From positions 5,905 to 69,904 of IMG/VR virus record IMGVR_UViG_3300021399_000001: 64,000 nucleotides of DNA. One strand, given 5' to 3'. The number at the start of each line of letters is the position of its first letter. Within the stretch, counting starts at the first letter, position 1. A program made the position numbers and the translations under genes. Shown here in pieces: positions 18,980 to 30,296 of this stretch. Source of the DNA: a virus (Duplodnaviria; Heunggongvirae; Uroviricota; Caudoviricetes). The notes under the pieces were generated by a model. The model was given only the letters and a program-made list of their open reading frames with translations. It searched no databases and was not told the origin of the DNA.

Positions 18980-19243
18980 ATGAAGAAGATTGTTGTTGCT
19001 ATCATGTTGTTTGTTCTCGCCTGTCTGTGCCTCACTGGATGCCAAGTCGGTAACCGTCAAATTGGCTTTGATACAAAGCAACGATTTGATGAAGCCGTTG
19101 TCTTTACGCCAACATATGAAGTTGTTCGCGGCGACATCGAAGCATGGCGCGATTTTTCAGAATCAGACGTTGTGCAGGTCACTATTGATGGTGTCACTTA
19201 TCTCACCCATTACAGTAATGTAATCCTAATTAGACATGATTAA
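18980..19243 (+). CDS. Cassette lipoprotein
   Basis: MKK plus hydrophobic stretch plus LTGC lipobox. Confidence 0.7.
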   Translation: MKKIVVAIMLFVLACLCLTGCQVGNRQIGFDTKQRFDEAVVFTPTYEVVRGDIEAWRDFSESDVVQVTIDGVTYLTHYSNVILIRHD

Positions 19244-19378
19244 CGCGGGCAACCGCGTTTTATTTTATGTCAATGTTAATTACATCATACGTTTATTGTA
19301 TTTCACAATCATTTAACTTGACATACACTAATATATATGTTATACTATATATAACAAAACGGAAGGGGATTCATTACA

Positions 19379-19687
19379 ATGGCAACTATTTATGATGCTT
19401 CTACACTTCTTCAAATCACCCGTGAAGCGCGCTTAGCCGAATATACCCGTATAAAAAATAATTACGTTCCTGCCGCGCTCAACAAAATTAATGATGCTAA
19501 TTTCGCCGCAGCAAATGCCGGCTTTCAGTCCGCAACTGACGACTTTAATCTTCTGTGCATGGGGCTCACCACGGAAGAAGTACAGGACTATTTCAGAATT
19601 GGTTTGAAAACCGAATTAGAAAAACTCGGATTCAAACTTAAAATCGAACTTAATAATGGCATGATGAAAGTAACATGCAAATGGTAA
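19379..19687 (+). CDS. Cassette protein of the AA..G...L..LGF.V...W family
   Basis: 102 aa; shares the pattern with 36364, 36620, 37035 and 43701. Confidence 0.7.
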   Translation: MATIYDASTLLQITREARLAEYTRIKNNYVPAALNKINDANFAAANAGFQSATDDFNLLCMGLTTEEVQDYFRIGLKTELEKLGFKLKIELNNGMMKVTCKW

Positions 19688-19917
19688 TTGCGGGCAACCG
19701 CAATTTCATTTTAATTTCATGTTAATTACAATATACGTAGATTCTATTTTACTTTCCTTTAACTTTGCACAATTTCATTTCAAATCAAACATCCCAAAAC
19801 TAATGTTAATTTCATATTAAGTTTCCCAATTTCATATTGACAATTTCATTTTTATTTGCTATAATATAATTGTTCCAAGGGGAACGAAATACATATCCTG
19901 AAAGTGAGGATACTTCA

Positions 19918-22070
19918 ATGAAACAGATTAATAAGAATATCGCGCGCAAACTGTACAAGGAAGGTAAACCCTTCATCATCGTCCCCGCGAACATGCGGCC
20001 TGATTCACAGTTCGCAGTCCACATGAAACCCGGTTGGATGTGGCGCAACTTCGACAACTTCTATAATGAGTTCTGTTTCTATAACTGCAACAACGAAACC
20101 GGACGCTACCCGCGGTTCTATGTGGAGGATTAATCCTCCACTTTTTATTAAGCGTATGTAAATTAGATACAACGTATAGTCTAATTTACTAACGTTTAAC
20201 TTTATCATGCTTACTTCTTAACATTCAAAATGGTATAATATATACAACAAATGAAGGAGGTAACAAACATGAACATGGTTGGCAACAAGTATCATTACTA
20301 CACTTGGGACAGCTATCAGATGCCCGATGGCAAATACCATGTCGGTGAAGGCGGCATGTGGGGATGGCGTCTTGGCAAGGGATTCAAAACCGAAGCCGGC
20401 GCGCGACGTTGGGCAATCCGGCAGGCGGGCACTGATACCTATACGGATTAAAAAGAAGGCGAAAGCCTTCTTTATTTTTATGTTAATTACATACAACGTA
20501 TATTCTAATTAACTATCTTTTAACTTGACTTCTATCGAATTATTTGCTATAATAGACTTGTCGAAAGGGAGAAGGGAGCGTTGATAGGATGCCGCCCTAC
20601 TGATGCAAGGGGCAACAGACCACTTGGCGGTGGAGAACTGGCCCCACTTTACGATCGAAAACCGTTCCCCATTGATCTTGGGCAAGTCAATGATGTTTAC
20701 GCCCTCCGCGCGGAGTAGCTAACCGCGCGGCTTTTATTATGTTAATGTTAATTAGACCCACCGTATATCCTAATTAACACAAACTAAACTTGACAATCTG
20801 TACCCTATATAGTATAATGAATACAGAAATTGAGAGGAGGCCAACCAAATGAAAACCTATCGCGTCACTACCAAATTCGTCACCATGTACACCAAAGAGG
20901 AATACAATAAGGTAGAATACACGACCGATTTTCAAGCCGCTTTGGGCGCGTACATCGTATACATTGAAAACCCGGAAACGGTTTTTTGCTCTATTGATCT
21001 TGTTGGCAAGAACAACACTTGCAAGAAAATCATTGCCGCGTTTAATGCAGGATAGGCGCAAGCCTATTCTTTTTTATGATAGTGTTAATTAGATTCAACG
21101 TCTACTCTAATTTACCAACTGTTAACTTGACTTTTAAGCGCTTTAGGTATATAATTAAACCATCAAATGAAGGAGGTAGACACCATGAATCTTCCGCTTT
21201 ACACTATTTGGTATGACACTTTTGAGGGCAATCTGAATCACGTTTACGCGGACACTACTGCCGCCGCGAACAAAATTGTTTGGGAACTTCACAAACAGCA
21301 CTATACCGGCATTGAAGTATGGTCTACTCATAGCATGACCGACGTCACAAAGGATTTTAAGAGGTTGATGTAATCAACCTCTTTTTTATTGAATCTTTGT
21401 TAATTAGACTCAACGTATAGTCTAATTCACACAAATTTTACACTAAAAAGGATTGACAACTATAAACAGAATATGGTATAATTAGGTATCAAATAAAGGA
21501 GGACAAAACAATGTTCGTAGTCATTACCACTTATGAGGAACTCGGAACCGGCAACATTATCGTAAAGCGTGAAACCACTAACAACGGCCGCGCCGCAAAA
21601 GAAGCCTTCTGCATTTACATCATGGACCCCGACTGTGCATCGTGTGCCGTGCTGGACACCACGGAAAATAATAAGTATGTCCTGCGTTACGATCAGGACC
21701 GCTTTAATTAATAGGGCCATGGCCCTATTTTTTATCGCTATGTTAATTAGATAATACGTAGATTCTAATATACACAAACTTAATATTCAAAACCTATTGA
21801 CAAATAAAAATCTTGTGGTATAATAAAATAAAAAACGACGAATTGAGAGGAGAACAAACAATGAATAAGGCAATGTCTTTCCGCGATTTTGAAGGTGCCC
21901 TGGCCGCTTTTGATGCTTTCTTTGGTTGGACTTTCAACATCCCTGCGATTAAAAAGATGGAAGTTAACAATTTCTTCCAAATTAACATTCACTGCGATAA
22001 TGGCAAGTTCTACCAATTCACGCCCGACACTGGCGAAATCACTGAAAACGACGAAAATTGGCGCCGCTAA
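19918..22070 (+). CDS. Run of single-gene cassettes: 19918-20133, 20269-20451, 20581-20718 (TTG start, 45 aa), 20849-21055, 21185-21373, 21511-21711, 21861-22070
   Basis: Each has an RBS, promoter and terminator and is separated from the next by one palindrome; products unknown. Confidence 0.7.
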
Positions 22071-22443
22071 GGTGCCAATTTTTTTATGTAAATTCTGTGT
22101 TAATTAGAATACACGTACAACCTAATTTACAAACATTTAACTTGCCAACGGCCCGATTTTGTGCTATAATAGTCTATGGTGGAATATGGGGGAAAGAGGT
22201 GAATGTTATGTTTAAGTTAAGGAAGTGTTAACTTTGAGTAAAGCTACCGTTAAGAATGTGTTAATTGCCGGATGTGTTCCGGTTGTTAAGGTTGCGTTAA
22301 TTAGAGGGCGCTCAGTACGAAGCGTTCTAATTAACATAAATTTAACATGGAGCTGGGAGCTGTTCTAATTAACATAAACTTAACTTGACACAAAGCTGCG
22401 AAGCTGCTATAATATATGTAGAAAACGAAAGGAGCTACTAATT

Positions 22444-22749
22444 ATGAAGAAGATTAGCTACAAAGATTTTGCCTACCTGATGAATTATGAACTGCGTCAC
22501 CCTTTTATTAAATACTGCTGTAACTGCTATGTCATAGAACGTGATGCCAGCGTCATTCTGACAGCTAAAGTTAAGTGGCTTTTTTACATTCTGCTTTTTA
22601 TTCCTATTCATATTATTATCTTTCTTTACAGTTTATGGGATGGCGGCATTAAAAATTTTGAACTGTGGGAGCGCACTATTACTAATCTGCATTGGTTTGA
22701 TATTTATAATAAAAAATATAAAGAATGGAAGGAACGAAGTGGAATGTAA
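22444..22749 (+). CDS. Cassette small membrane protein
   Basis: 101 aa with a central hydrophobic segment. Confidence 0.65.
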   Translation: MKKISYKDFAYLMNYELRHPFIKYCCNCYVIERDASVILTAKVKWLFYILLFIPIHIIIFLYSLWDGGIKNFELWERTITNLHWFDIYNKKYKEWKERSGM

Positions 22750-22859
22750 ATTCCACTTTATTTACAACTCACGTACTATCAAATTAACAAATAATTAACT
22801 TGACTTTTTCAAATAATAAGATATAATATATATATAGAAAAAGAAAGGGGATACCGATT

Positions 22860-23057
22860 ATGGCTATTAACATTCGTCACACTTATACTACTCAAGTTGA
22901 AGTTATTCTTGATAGTGTTTTTCGCTATAAAGCGAATGGCGATTTAGATGAAATCGCACAAGGGGTTTGCGAATATTTCACTAAGTACAATTTTACCATC
23001 GCCGATGTGTGCTCTGTCGAAACGGGTGAAGTTCTCATGACTATTAAGCGGACTTAA
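22860..23057 (+). CDS. Cassette hypothetical protein
   Basis: 65 aa in complete cassette context. Confidence 0.7.
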   Translation: MAINIRHTYTTQVEVILDSVFRYKANGDLDEIAQGVCEYFTKYNFTIADVCSVETGEVLMTIKRT

Positions 23058-23179
23058 CGTCTGCTTTAAGTCTATGTTAATTACAACGCACGTTCATTCT
23101 ATTTAACAAACACTTAACTTGACAAAATATCCCTTTTGATGTATACTATATACAGATAAAAGAAAGGGGAACACACAGA

Positions 23180-23626
23180 ATGAAAAAGATTTGGTTTGAC
23201 ATGGATGGCACAATCGCAGACCTTTACGGCGTTGAAAATTGGCTGCCTATGCTGATTGACGAGGACCCCACGCCCTATGAAATCGCGCGCCCTCTTGTGA
23301 ATCTTTCCCGCCTTGCGCGTTATCTGAATCGCCTTCAGAAAATGGGGTTTGAGATCGGCGTTATTTCGTGGCTGTCTAAAACCAGCACGCCGGAATATGA
23401 CGCACTTGTGACGGGCGCTAAAATGTTTTGGTTGGGCTTGCACTTGCCGAGTGTTAAATGGGATGAAATTAAAATCGTCCCGTATGGAACTAACAAATGG
23501 GAAACTTGCGGCGGCGGTTTTCTGTTTGACGATGAAGCGCGAAACCGTGAAGCGTGGAAAAGCGGCGCGGCCTATGAACCCGAACAGATTTTTGAGGTTC
23601 TGGCAGAGTTTGTTAAGTCGGCGTAA
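23180..23626 (+). CDS. HAD-superfamily phosphatase (5'-nucleotidase-like)
   Basis: N-terminal WFDMDGT (DxDGT) and C-terminal FLFDD motifs. Confidence 0.8.
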   Translation: MKKIWFDMDGTIADLYGVENWLPMLIDEDPTPYEIARPLVNLSRLARYLNRLQKMGFEIGVISWLSKTSTPEYDALVTGAKMFWLGLHLPSVKWDEIKIVPYGTNKWETCGGGFLFDDEARNREAWKSGAAYEPEQIFEVLAEFVKSA

Positions 23627-23750
23627 AGCCGACTTTTCTTTAAGCCAATGTTAATTAAATTGTACGTTCATTCAAATTAACAAAAAATTTACTTGACTTT
23701 TTATAGAAATTGTGCTATAATAATTATAGAAAGTGAAAGGAGAAAGTCAA

Positions 23751-26119
23751 ATGATTATTACTATTGAAATTAACACCAACGACCCGCATACTGTCTATAC
23801 ACACAATGAGGATAATTCCATCTCCATTGAATACAGCGACATTGAACCCGATGAATTATATCTTGAAGAGATTATTAACGATTTCTTAACTTGACTTTCC
23901 CTTCCGAATCTGCTATAATAATTCCAGAAGGTGAAGGAAAACACCACAAACCAGAAAGGAATAACGCCCATGAGTAAGGCTTCTCTTGAAACTGAAATTC
24001 GCAATCAGGTTCTCCAGACCATCATCGACGCCGTGAACCCCATCAGCGACATTCTCCCGATTAGCGCAAGCGAACTTGCCTTGCCTGTCGTGGATAGCGA
24101 GGGCAACGAAAAGTTTGCCGTTATCAAGGTCAGCATCCCGCGCGGTGAGCGCGACGGCAACGGCGGCTATATTCCCTTTGACGGTTACGCCGCCGCAGAG
24201 GATTGGAAACTTGTGCTTGCCGACCGCGCAGATAAGGCAGCGAAGCGCAAGGAAAAGGCGGAACGCGCCGAAAAGGAAAAGGAGCGCAAGCGTGCCGCGC
24301 GCAAGGTCGTGAAAGACCTTAATACCGTGGGATTCAAGGCGCTTGTCTCCCAGCCGGTGGAGGGTGAGTAATCACCCTTCTTTTTTAATTCTATGTTAAA
24401 TAGATTGTACGTGCAGTCTATTTAACTAATAATTAACTTGACTTCTTTATGCAAATCGTGTATACTATATACAGAAAGTGAAGGGAGAATAGTTAAATGA
24501 AAATTACCTACACAATAAAAATAAAACTTAGTCCTTGGCTTGCAATTTTTGCACCATTTATCGCTTTTTTCTTTGCGTGTTGGATGAATATAAAATTTCT
24601 TTACAAAAATTTAACTTGACTTTCCGCTCAAATCTGTTATAATAATTACAGAAAGTGAGAAAACACAAATGGAAAAGAAAAATCAAAACCGTGAAACTTG
24701 GGTCGGTTATCGTCCTTCCGTGATGCCTGCAAAGAAAAAGAATAAGAAGCACGACCGCAAAGAGGGCAAGCAGATTTGCCGCGATGCTATGAAAGGAGAA
24801 AAAGAATAATGATTGATTTCTCTAAATATAATTTATGGTTTGAGGATTATTGTAAAGAACACAATAAAGTTTTCAAATCACAAAAAGAAGCAGATGAATT
24901 TTACGCCATCTGGATTGAGGGTTTTAATTGGGCTTCATACGTTTATTATTAATTACACAATTTCATTTTGTACTATAATAAAACATTTCAAATTTATATT
25001 AGTATTAAATATCCCACAATTTCATTTTAATTTCAAGTTAATTATATAGCACGTACATTCTATTTTACATACCTTTAACCCTCCCGATACTTGACATTTC
25101 ATTCTATTTCTGTTATACTATATACAGTTGAGAGAGGAAAGGAAAATCCCCTCCGCGCGTTACCCTTCCGATAGGTTTTTCCGTGGCTAACTGGAAGTAA
25201 AAGATAGGCAAGAAACGGAACTTCACGAAATCTTAACTTGACAAGGTTGGGAAATCATGATATAATAAAGACGTTGAAAGGGCAAGGCACACTCAACGCG
25301 AGGTCTGTGAACCGAGTACGTGATTGCGCATAAGTCGTACAAAGCGCGGTGTTTGTTAGGGCTAAAGTCACTGGGCCATTTCCCAGACTTCAACTTTCAA
25401 CTTCACAAACTCTTAACTTGACATTACAGCACGAACGTGCTATAATGAATACATCAAAGGGAAGGAAAACCCTCCAAACCAGAAAGGGAAAACACTATGA
25501 AGAAGAACACCATCACCGCTCTGTATAACTACTTTGTGAACTCTGACAACACCACCGACCTGTCCGCCGCGGTTGAGGACATCCGCGCCGAGTATGAGCG
25601 TTTCGCGGACAAGGCGAGCGAAAAGACCGCGCTGTATGACGCCGCAGAAAAGGTTCTGCTGGGCGCCCTGACCGACACGCCGCAGACCTCGCGCGCGATT
25701 TTCGACGCCAATGTGTGGCCGGACGGCTTCACCGTCGGCAAGCTCAACTACGCCCTGCGCGTTATGTGGGCTGACAAGGTTGTCAAGCATGACAACGGCA
25801 AGTCCGCTTTCACCTACACGGCTAAGCCGTAATCACAAGCCGCCCAATGGCGGCTTTTATTTTAAGTATATGTTAATTACAATGCACGTGCTTTCTATTT
25901 AATCTAAACTTAACTTGACTTTTCTCTTTAATTGTTATATACTATATATAGAAAAAGAGAGGAGATTTCATTATGAATATTGAAAAAAGAATCCAGCGTT
26001 TGCGGGAAAATGGTTATCCCATTATCCACCTTTTCGGTAATTGGTATTGGGGCCGCGTCTATTCCAAAAATTATAAAAAGTTTTCTCTGTGGTGGTTTCA
26101 TCACTTTACAGAAAATTAA
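23751..26119 (+). CDS. Microprotein cassettes: 23751-23894, 24497-24619, 24669-24809, 24809-24952, 25973-26119
   Basis: Manually translated 40-48 aa ORFs with RBS or translational coupling; several stop inside the TTAACTTGAC box of the next promoter. Confidence 0.55.
23970..24371 (+). CDS. K/A/E-tailed paralog 1
   Basis: Helix plus beta-strand core, then KAAKRKEKAERAEKEK tail, ending VEGE; hairpin leader. Confidence 0.75.
   Translation: MSKASLETEIRNQVLQTIIDAVNPISDILPISASELALPVVDSEGNEKFAVIKVSIPRGERDGNGGYIPFDGYAAAEDWKLVLADRADKAAKRKEKAERAEKEKERKRAARKVVKDLNTVGFKALVSQPVEGE
25125..25410 (+). ncRNA. Two promoter-driven cassettes with no clear ORF (about 25125-25225 and 25268-25400)
   Basis: Consensus promoters at 25091 and 25238 followed by about 100-130 nt with hairpins and no RBS-ATG ORF. 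Confidence 0.45.
25497..25832 (+). CDS. Cassette protein, possible winged-helix
   Basis: 111 aa; TPQTSRAIF...TVGKLNYALRVM..DKVVK pattern; GC-rich codons; hairpin leader. Confidence 0.6.
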   Translation: MKKNTITALYNYFVNSDNTTDLSAAVEDIRAEYERFADKASEKTALYDAAEKVLLGALTDTPQTSRAIFDANVWPDGFTVGKLNYALRVMWADKVVKHDNGKSAFTYTAKP

Positions 26120-26181
26120 CTTGACATCCTCCCAAATCCATGCTATAATAAATACATCAAAAGAAAGGGGAATAAACCACT

Positions 26182-26541
26182 ATGGATTCTAATTTTGTTG
26201 TTAAGATGATGCACTCTTTCTCGCACTATCCTTTTGAAGATCTTAAAATGATTGCGGAAGATGAAAGTGTCACCGTTCCCGACCGCGTCTCTAAGGTTGA
26301 ACTTATCGCCCTTATTCTCATTGCGCGTGCTGAACGCGAAGCCCGCGGCAGCGTATACAAGATGGTAAGAGAAACCGACAACAACCGCGGCAAGTATTGC
26401 CTTCGCACGGAAGATGAAAAGTATCATCTACGCCTAACCACTGAACAGGCAACTATGCTTGACTGGTGCATAGATAATGAAATCAATTTCTATAACGCCG
26501 AACTTGAGAGCATCTGCGAGGTTGAATGGGAAATTCCGTAA
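26182..26541 (+). CDS. Cassette hypothetical protein
   Basis: 119 aa; N-terminal FEDLKMIAEDESV...SKVELIALIL helix-loop-helix. Confidence 0.7.
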   Translation: MDSNFVVKMMHSFSHYPFEDLKMIAEDESVTVPDRVSKVELIALILIARAEREARGSVYKMVRETDNNRGKYCLRTEDEKYHLRLTTEQATMLDWCIDNEINFYNAELESICEVEWEIP

Positions 26542-26670
26542 GGAGTTTCCCTTTATTATATCTATGTAAATTACATTAAACGTACTTCCTAATTAATATA
26601 AAATTAACTTGACTTTTTATATAAAATTTGCTATACTATATTCAGAAAAAAGAAAGGGGAACAAAAAATT

Positions 26671-26979
26671 ATGACTACTATCACCGCGAACGAAGCCAAC
26701 ACCATCATGAACGCCATTTGCTACACTGTTATCAAGATGCTCCAGCCCTTCACCACCGAAGAGGCCCTCACATCTCCCGAAGGGCTTGATACTCTGGCGG
26801 AGACCACCCGCTCAATTTTCGTTGATTTCTGTGAAAAGGAAGAGATTTATGAGATTGAGGATGAGGCCGACAGCGATGTCCCCGATGATGTAGATGAAAC
26901 TAACTATGACCCCTATATGGGGTGTGATGATTACGAAGATCATTATACCTTTGATGATCTCGGCGCGAATTGGTATTAA
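26671..26979 (+). CDS. Cassette protein with a strongly acidic C-terminus
   Basis: 102 aa, D/E-rich tail. Confidence 0.7.
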   Translation: MTTITANEANTIMNAICYTVIKMLQPFTTEEALTSPEGLDTLAETTRSIFVDFCEKEEIYEIEDEADSDVPDDVDETNYDPYMGCDDYEDHYTFDDLGANWY

Positions 26980-27144
26980 CCAATTCGCCATTTTATTTTT
27001 AATTCATTGTAAATTATACCGCACGTTCATTCTAATTAACCAACCTTTAACGCATCCCGCTATTGACAAAACCCCTCTCCCATGATATAATATATCCATC
27101 AGGTGAAGGGAAACACCGAAAAACCAGAAAGGAACTTAAAACCT

Positions 27145-28161
27145 ATGGCTAAGAAACTGTATTATATGGTTACTGATACCGAAACCGCTACCCTGCCTTT
27201 TGCCAATGAAGTTGCCAACGGCGACCCCGAACGCAAAAAGCGGATAGCCATTGCCAAGCCCCTTGTTTATGACATTGGTTGGACTATCACTGACCGCAAG
27301 GGCGTTATCTATGACCGCAAGCAGTTTTTGGTTGCCGAAACTTTCAGCGTTCCCGCCGTATTCAATACCGCATACTATGCGGACAAGCGCCCGATTTACC
27401 TTGAAATGCTTGCCAAGGGCGAAACGCAGGTTTTGCCGTGGGATAATATCATGGATATTTACATGGCCGACCTTGCAAAGGTTGACGCCGTGGGCGCGTT
27501 TAACTCTATGTTTGATTTTAAGAAAGCAATTCCCTTCACCGAATTGTATATCCGTAAACTGTACAGCCCGAATTATTATGAATGGGAAAACATTCAGCGC
27601 CACGCCGCCGCAATCATTGCCGAAGGTAAAGCAAAGAATAACAGTAACCCCGACTTTGAAGCCGATGTTTTCCGTTTTCGTGGTAATGAATATGTGTTGT
27701 TTGACCTTTGGGGGCTTGCTACTACTCATCTTCTGAATAATGCCACCTATAAGAATGAATGTATCAATCATGGACTTTTCACCGCTTCGGGCACGTTCTT
27801 TAAGACTTCCGCAGAATCTTCTTATCAGTATTTGCGCGATAAGTATGATTTTGTAGAAAGTCATACCGCGCTTGATGATGCTATCATTGAAACTTACATT
27901 CTTTCCAAAGTAGCACAGCGCCACGCCGTCACCCCGGGGATTAAGTTTTTCCCCTTCCGCGATTTGGGCGGCACCGATGAATTTTGTATGCGGCGAAAGG
28001 TTCCGAACCTCAATGAATGTTATGCCGTATATGAAGCAATCGCAAATTATGTCAATGCAAAAATTGACGAAACGTGCGGCGACGTTTCCAATTATTGCAA
28101 AGGGCTTATGAATCGTTTGAATCGCCTTGCCGCATACATTGGAATTGACCCCGAATATTAA
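27145..28161 (+). CDS. DnaQ-like DEDDh 3'-5' exonuclease
   Basis: VTDTETAT, YDIGW, AFNSMFD and HTALDDAIIE motifs. Confidence 0.8.
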   Translation: MAKKLYYMVTDTETATLPFANEVANGDPERKKRIAIAKPLVYDIGWTITDRKGVIYDRKQFLVAETFSVPAVFNTAYYADKRPIYLEMLAKGETQVLPWDNIMDIYMADLAKVDAVGAFNSMFDFKKAIPFTELYIRKLYSPNYYEWENIQRHAAAIIAEGKAKNNSNPDFEADVFRFRGNEYVLFDLWGLATTHLLNNATYKNECINHGLFTASGTFFKTSAESSYQYLRDKYDFVESHTALDDAIIETYILSKVAQRHAVTPGIKFFPFRDLGGTDEFCMRRKVPNLNECYAVYEAIANYVNAKIDETCGDVSNYCKGLMNRLNRLAAYIGIDPEY

Positions 28162-28282
28162 GGCCCAGCAGGGCCTTTTTATTTATTAAGTTAAAGTTAA
28201 TTACAATGCACGTACATTCTATATTACGCAATCTTTACACAGAAAACTATTGACAATCAGCGGATTTTCTGCTATACTATAT

Positions 28283-28372
28283 TTGTCGGTGGGGGAAACA
28301 GGAGCGCGCAGGCGCAAGCGCGTTGTGGTAATTAGAAACATGCAACAGTTGATCGGCCACCTAAAACCGACT
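28283..28372 (+). ncRNA. Candidate small RNA cassette, about 90 nt
   Basis: Promoter at 28250; 5' GTCGGTGG pairs with 3' CCACC-TAAA-ACCGAC; internal GCGCGC...GCGCGT; no ORF. Confidence 0.5.
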
Positions 28373-28441
28373 TAACAAAGAATTAACTTGACAAACGACT
28401 GAATCTCTGATATAATAAAGATGCTGAAAGGAGAACACAAG

Positions 28442-28567
28442 ATGTTAATATTGATTCTTAGACTATTAGCGCATTGTATCGGTTATGCTCTCGGTGCTTA
28501 TATCGGTTATCGAATTGGTTTTTCAAAATGGTTTGATAGAATTTATAAATACTTAACGAAGTCTTAA
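28442..28567 (+). CDS. 41-aa membrane microprotein
   Basis: GAAAGGAG RBS; hydrophobic; stop inside CTTAAC. Confidence 0.6.
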   Translation: MLILILRLLAHCIGYALGAYIGYRIGFSKWFDRIYKYLTKS

Positions 28568-28648
28568 CTTGACATTACATCACAAACGTGATATAATGAA
28601 TACACAAAAGGACAAGGAAAAGTCCTAAAAACCAGAAAGGGATTTACT

Positions 28649-28984
28649 ATGAAGATTTCCAAGGCCGTCGTCGATTCCAACATCCGCACCGCTATCTTCT
28701 CCGCGCTCAACATCGCCAGCATTGAGGGATTCCAGAAAATCAATGATCGCCAGTATGGTTGCATCGTTGAGGACGTGAACGGCGAGCGCCGTTACGCCCG
28801 CGTGGGTGTCATCGTTGCCGAGCAGCGCGAGGACTGCACCGCCGACGAGCTCATGGCCGCCGAGATCGCGGACTATGAGGACAAGCAGGCCAAGAAGGCC
28901 GAGCGCGCCGCCGCCCGCGCCGAGAAGGCCGCAAAGGACAAGGCCAAGCGCGAAAAGGCGAAGGCCGAAAAGGAAGGGGAGTAA
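28649..28984 (+). CDS. K/A/E-tailed paralog 2
   Basis: Tail KQAKKAERAAARAEKAAKDKAKREKAKAEKEGE; hairpin leader. Confidence 0.8.
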   Translation: MKISKAVVDSNIRTAIFSALNIASIEGFQKINDRQYGCIVEDVNGERRYARVGVIVAEQREDCTADELMAAEIADYEDKQAKKAERAAARAEKAAKDKAKREKAKAEKEGE

Positions 28985-29109
28985 TCCCCTTTTTTTAATT
29001 TCATGTTAATTATAATGCACGTGCTCTCTAATTTACATACTATTAACTTGACAAATAACTTACCCCGTGATATACTATATATAGAAAGAAACGAAAGGGG
29101 TAATACAAT

Positions 29110-29548
29110 ATGGTAACTTGGGTTGTAGTTTCTAATTACTTTGATAACATGTTTTTCGGCACGTATTCCAGCGTTCTTAACGCCCGCAAAGCGATTGAGA
29201 ACTTTGTCATTGAAGATGACGACGTTGTATCTTATATGGAGGAGGACGGTTATAGATATACAATTACGACCAAAAATGGTAAAGCCTATTGGATGGAAAT
29301 TCTTTATGATATAATGGATGCTGATTGTGAATAATAAGGAGGATAAATAATTTATGAAGTGTCCTTTTTGTGGTAGTCTTGATCTTCGCGCGGTTGACAC
29401 TCTTGATACCGAATACTTTAACGACTCGTATCATGATGTCGTTGAAGGTACTTGCCCCGATTGTGGTATGTCGTGGCGATGGGTTGAGGTTTTCACCTTT
29501 GACCATTATGAAGATATAGAAGGGATAGAGATTGACGGCCATCTTTGA
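29110..29548 (+). CDS. Two-gene cassette: 29110-29334 hypothetical and 29354-29548 Zn-ribbon protein
   Basis: ORF track; CPFC...CPDC in the second gene. Confidence 0.7.
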
Positions 29549-29626
29549 TGGTCGTTAATTTTTTATTAATTACAATGTACGTACATTCTATTTAACATAC
29601 GCATAAAATATTAAGCGCTTTCGCGC

Positions 29627-30157
29627 TTAATAATTATTTCTTATACATACTTCCTGCGAAAATGCGTAGTCAATCAAACACGCTTTACCGTTGCGGATTC
29701 CCCAATTATAAGAATGAATATCTTTATTAAATTTCCTAACCCATTTATATTCATCCAGCGTTAAGTAAGCCCCTATGTCGCCGCCGTTATTACTTCTACC
29801 GATGCGATTAATGCGCGGCATAATCATAAACGAAAAGCCATTGTATTCAATCAATGTGGCTTCCGCAAGCAAGTATTCATAACCCGCTTTAGCGGCTTCC
29901 TGATAGGCGTGGTATTCATCATCACACCCACCAATTTCATCAGCGCACTTGTTATCATAATCCCATTTGATAACATAATCAGAGGTAATAAGGGCAATCC
30001 GCGCAGAACCACAGCTAACAATAACATGCCGCTTCTTATCCTCGTTATACTTTTCCACCTGATACATCACGTCATCAAAATCCCACATATAGCCGTCAAT
30101 ATAAGGAAAGATGGACTTCAAAAACTTCTTTGCGCGGATACGATAGTCAGACTTCAT
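29627..30157 (-). CDS. Protein kinase-like (APH/PKL fold) protein, inverted cassette
   Basis: GSAR...VIKWD...DIHSYNWG...LIDY motifs. Confidence 0.65.
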   Translation of the reverse strand: MKSDYRIRAKKFLKSIFPYIDGYMWDFDDVMYQVEKYNEDKKRHVIVSCGSARIALITSDYVIKWDYDNKCADEIGGCDDEYHAYQEAAKAGYEYLLAEATLIEYNGFSFMIMPRINRIGRSNNGGDIGAYLTLDEYKWVRKFNKDIHSYNWGIRNGKACLIDYAFSQEVCIRNNY

Positions 30158-30296
30158 ATTGATTGGCCCCTTTCGTTTTTCTAATATAATTATACAGTCT
30201 ACCAGCCATTTTGTCAAGTTAAAAGTATGTAAATTACATGGCACGTTCCTTATAATTAACATATATATAATAAAAATAGCGCTTACGCGCTATTTA

